Sequence record: MH719082.1
Direction: 5' to 3' (one strand)
Length of the DNA: 64,000 nucleotides
Source of the DNA: Escherichia phage vB_EcoM_IME392
Shown piece after piece: positions 63,654 through 64,000 of this stretch (the stretch's first letter is position 1; the number at the start of each line of letters is the position of its first letter). The position numbers were made by a program, and so were the translations under genes. The notes beneath the pieces are model-generated. The model saw only the letters and a list, made by a program, of their open reading frames with translations. It searched no databases and was not told where the DNA came from.

Positions 63654-64000
63654 ATGGCAGAAAACGAAGTGGTCTCTAAGCAAGACTTAGATGACAAACC
63701 TGGTTCTCGCCAGGAGGTCTTAGCAAAGTTGCTAGACGATACCATCACTATGAAGCATAGTGATGGATTGTTGGGCACGGTACAGGCTTACCTTACCGAT
63801 CGCCTTACCAATATGGTAACCACTCGTGAAAAGTATTTCAACGAGCTGGCGAGATTTCGCTATAACTATATCACAGCTGGTATCTATGATATCATCTGCA
63901 ATGACGTGCTCACCAATACGGATGATGGTGGATTCGTCATAGAGATTGAAGGTGATGAAGAACTGACTCAGGAGGCGAACGAGCTAATTAAGGCTCTGGC
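63654..64000 (+). CDS. hypothetical protein (partial, continues past window end; portal by position?)
   Basis: ATG at 63654 overlapping stop of terminase gene; open to window edge. Confidence 0.35.
   Translation, partial: MAENEVVSKQDLDDKPGSRQEVLAKLLDDTITMKHSDGLLGTVQAYLTDRLTNMVTTREKYFNELARFRYNYITAGIYDIICNDVLTNTDDGGFVIEIEGDEELTQEANELIKAL

Noticed and set aside
1-64000. Integrase, transposase or insertion sequence
   Set aside because: No tyrosine/serine recombinase or DDE transposase motifs and no terminal inverted repeats flanking a gene block were seen.

Overview
The window reads as a densely packed bacteriophage genome segment, probably from a large (jumbo-type) phage. Nearly all genes lie on the minus strand from 1 to about 61.2 kb, then the strand switches to a plus-strand packaging module containing a terminase-like ATPase. 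Calls rest on manual motif reading of the supplied translations and sequence; no database search or folding software was run. Recognisable minus-strand genes: a multisubunit RNA polymerase beta-prime split into two genes in permuted order, a family A DNA polymerase, NAD-dependent ligase, Pol X-like nucleotidyltransferase, type II topoisomerase in two subunits, fused SbcD-SbcC nuclease, FEN, RNase H, primase, three helicases, a RusA-like resolvase and an acyl carrier protein. The most interesting region is 31.2-40.7 kb: an HD 5'-deoxynucleotidase, a thymidylate-synthase-fold enzyme, a P-loop kinase, glycosyltransferases, a PIG-L deacetylase, a BCCT transporter and a SAM methyltransferase, which I interpret as a candidate DNA hypermodification pathway. 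An ORF-free, highly structured 2.3 kb region (57.1-59.5 kb) carries tRNA-Met(CAU), tRNA-Arg(UCU) and tRNA-like elements. Two families of conserved intergenic elements stand out: a 31-bp motif in at least 21 same-strand copies (putative phage-RNAP promoter) and a roughly 80-bp composite element in 6 copies, plus UUCG-tetraloop terminator hairpins. Many start codons in the ORF track are over-extended; I give corrected starts where I checked the RBS.
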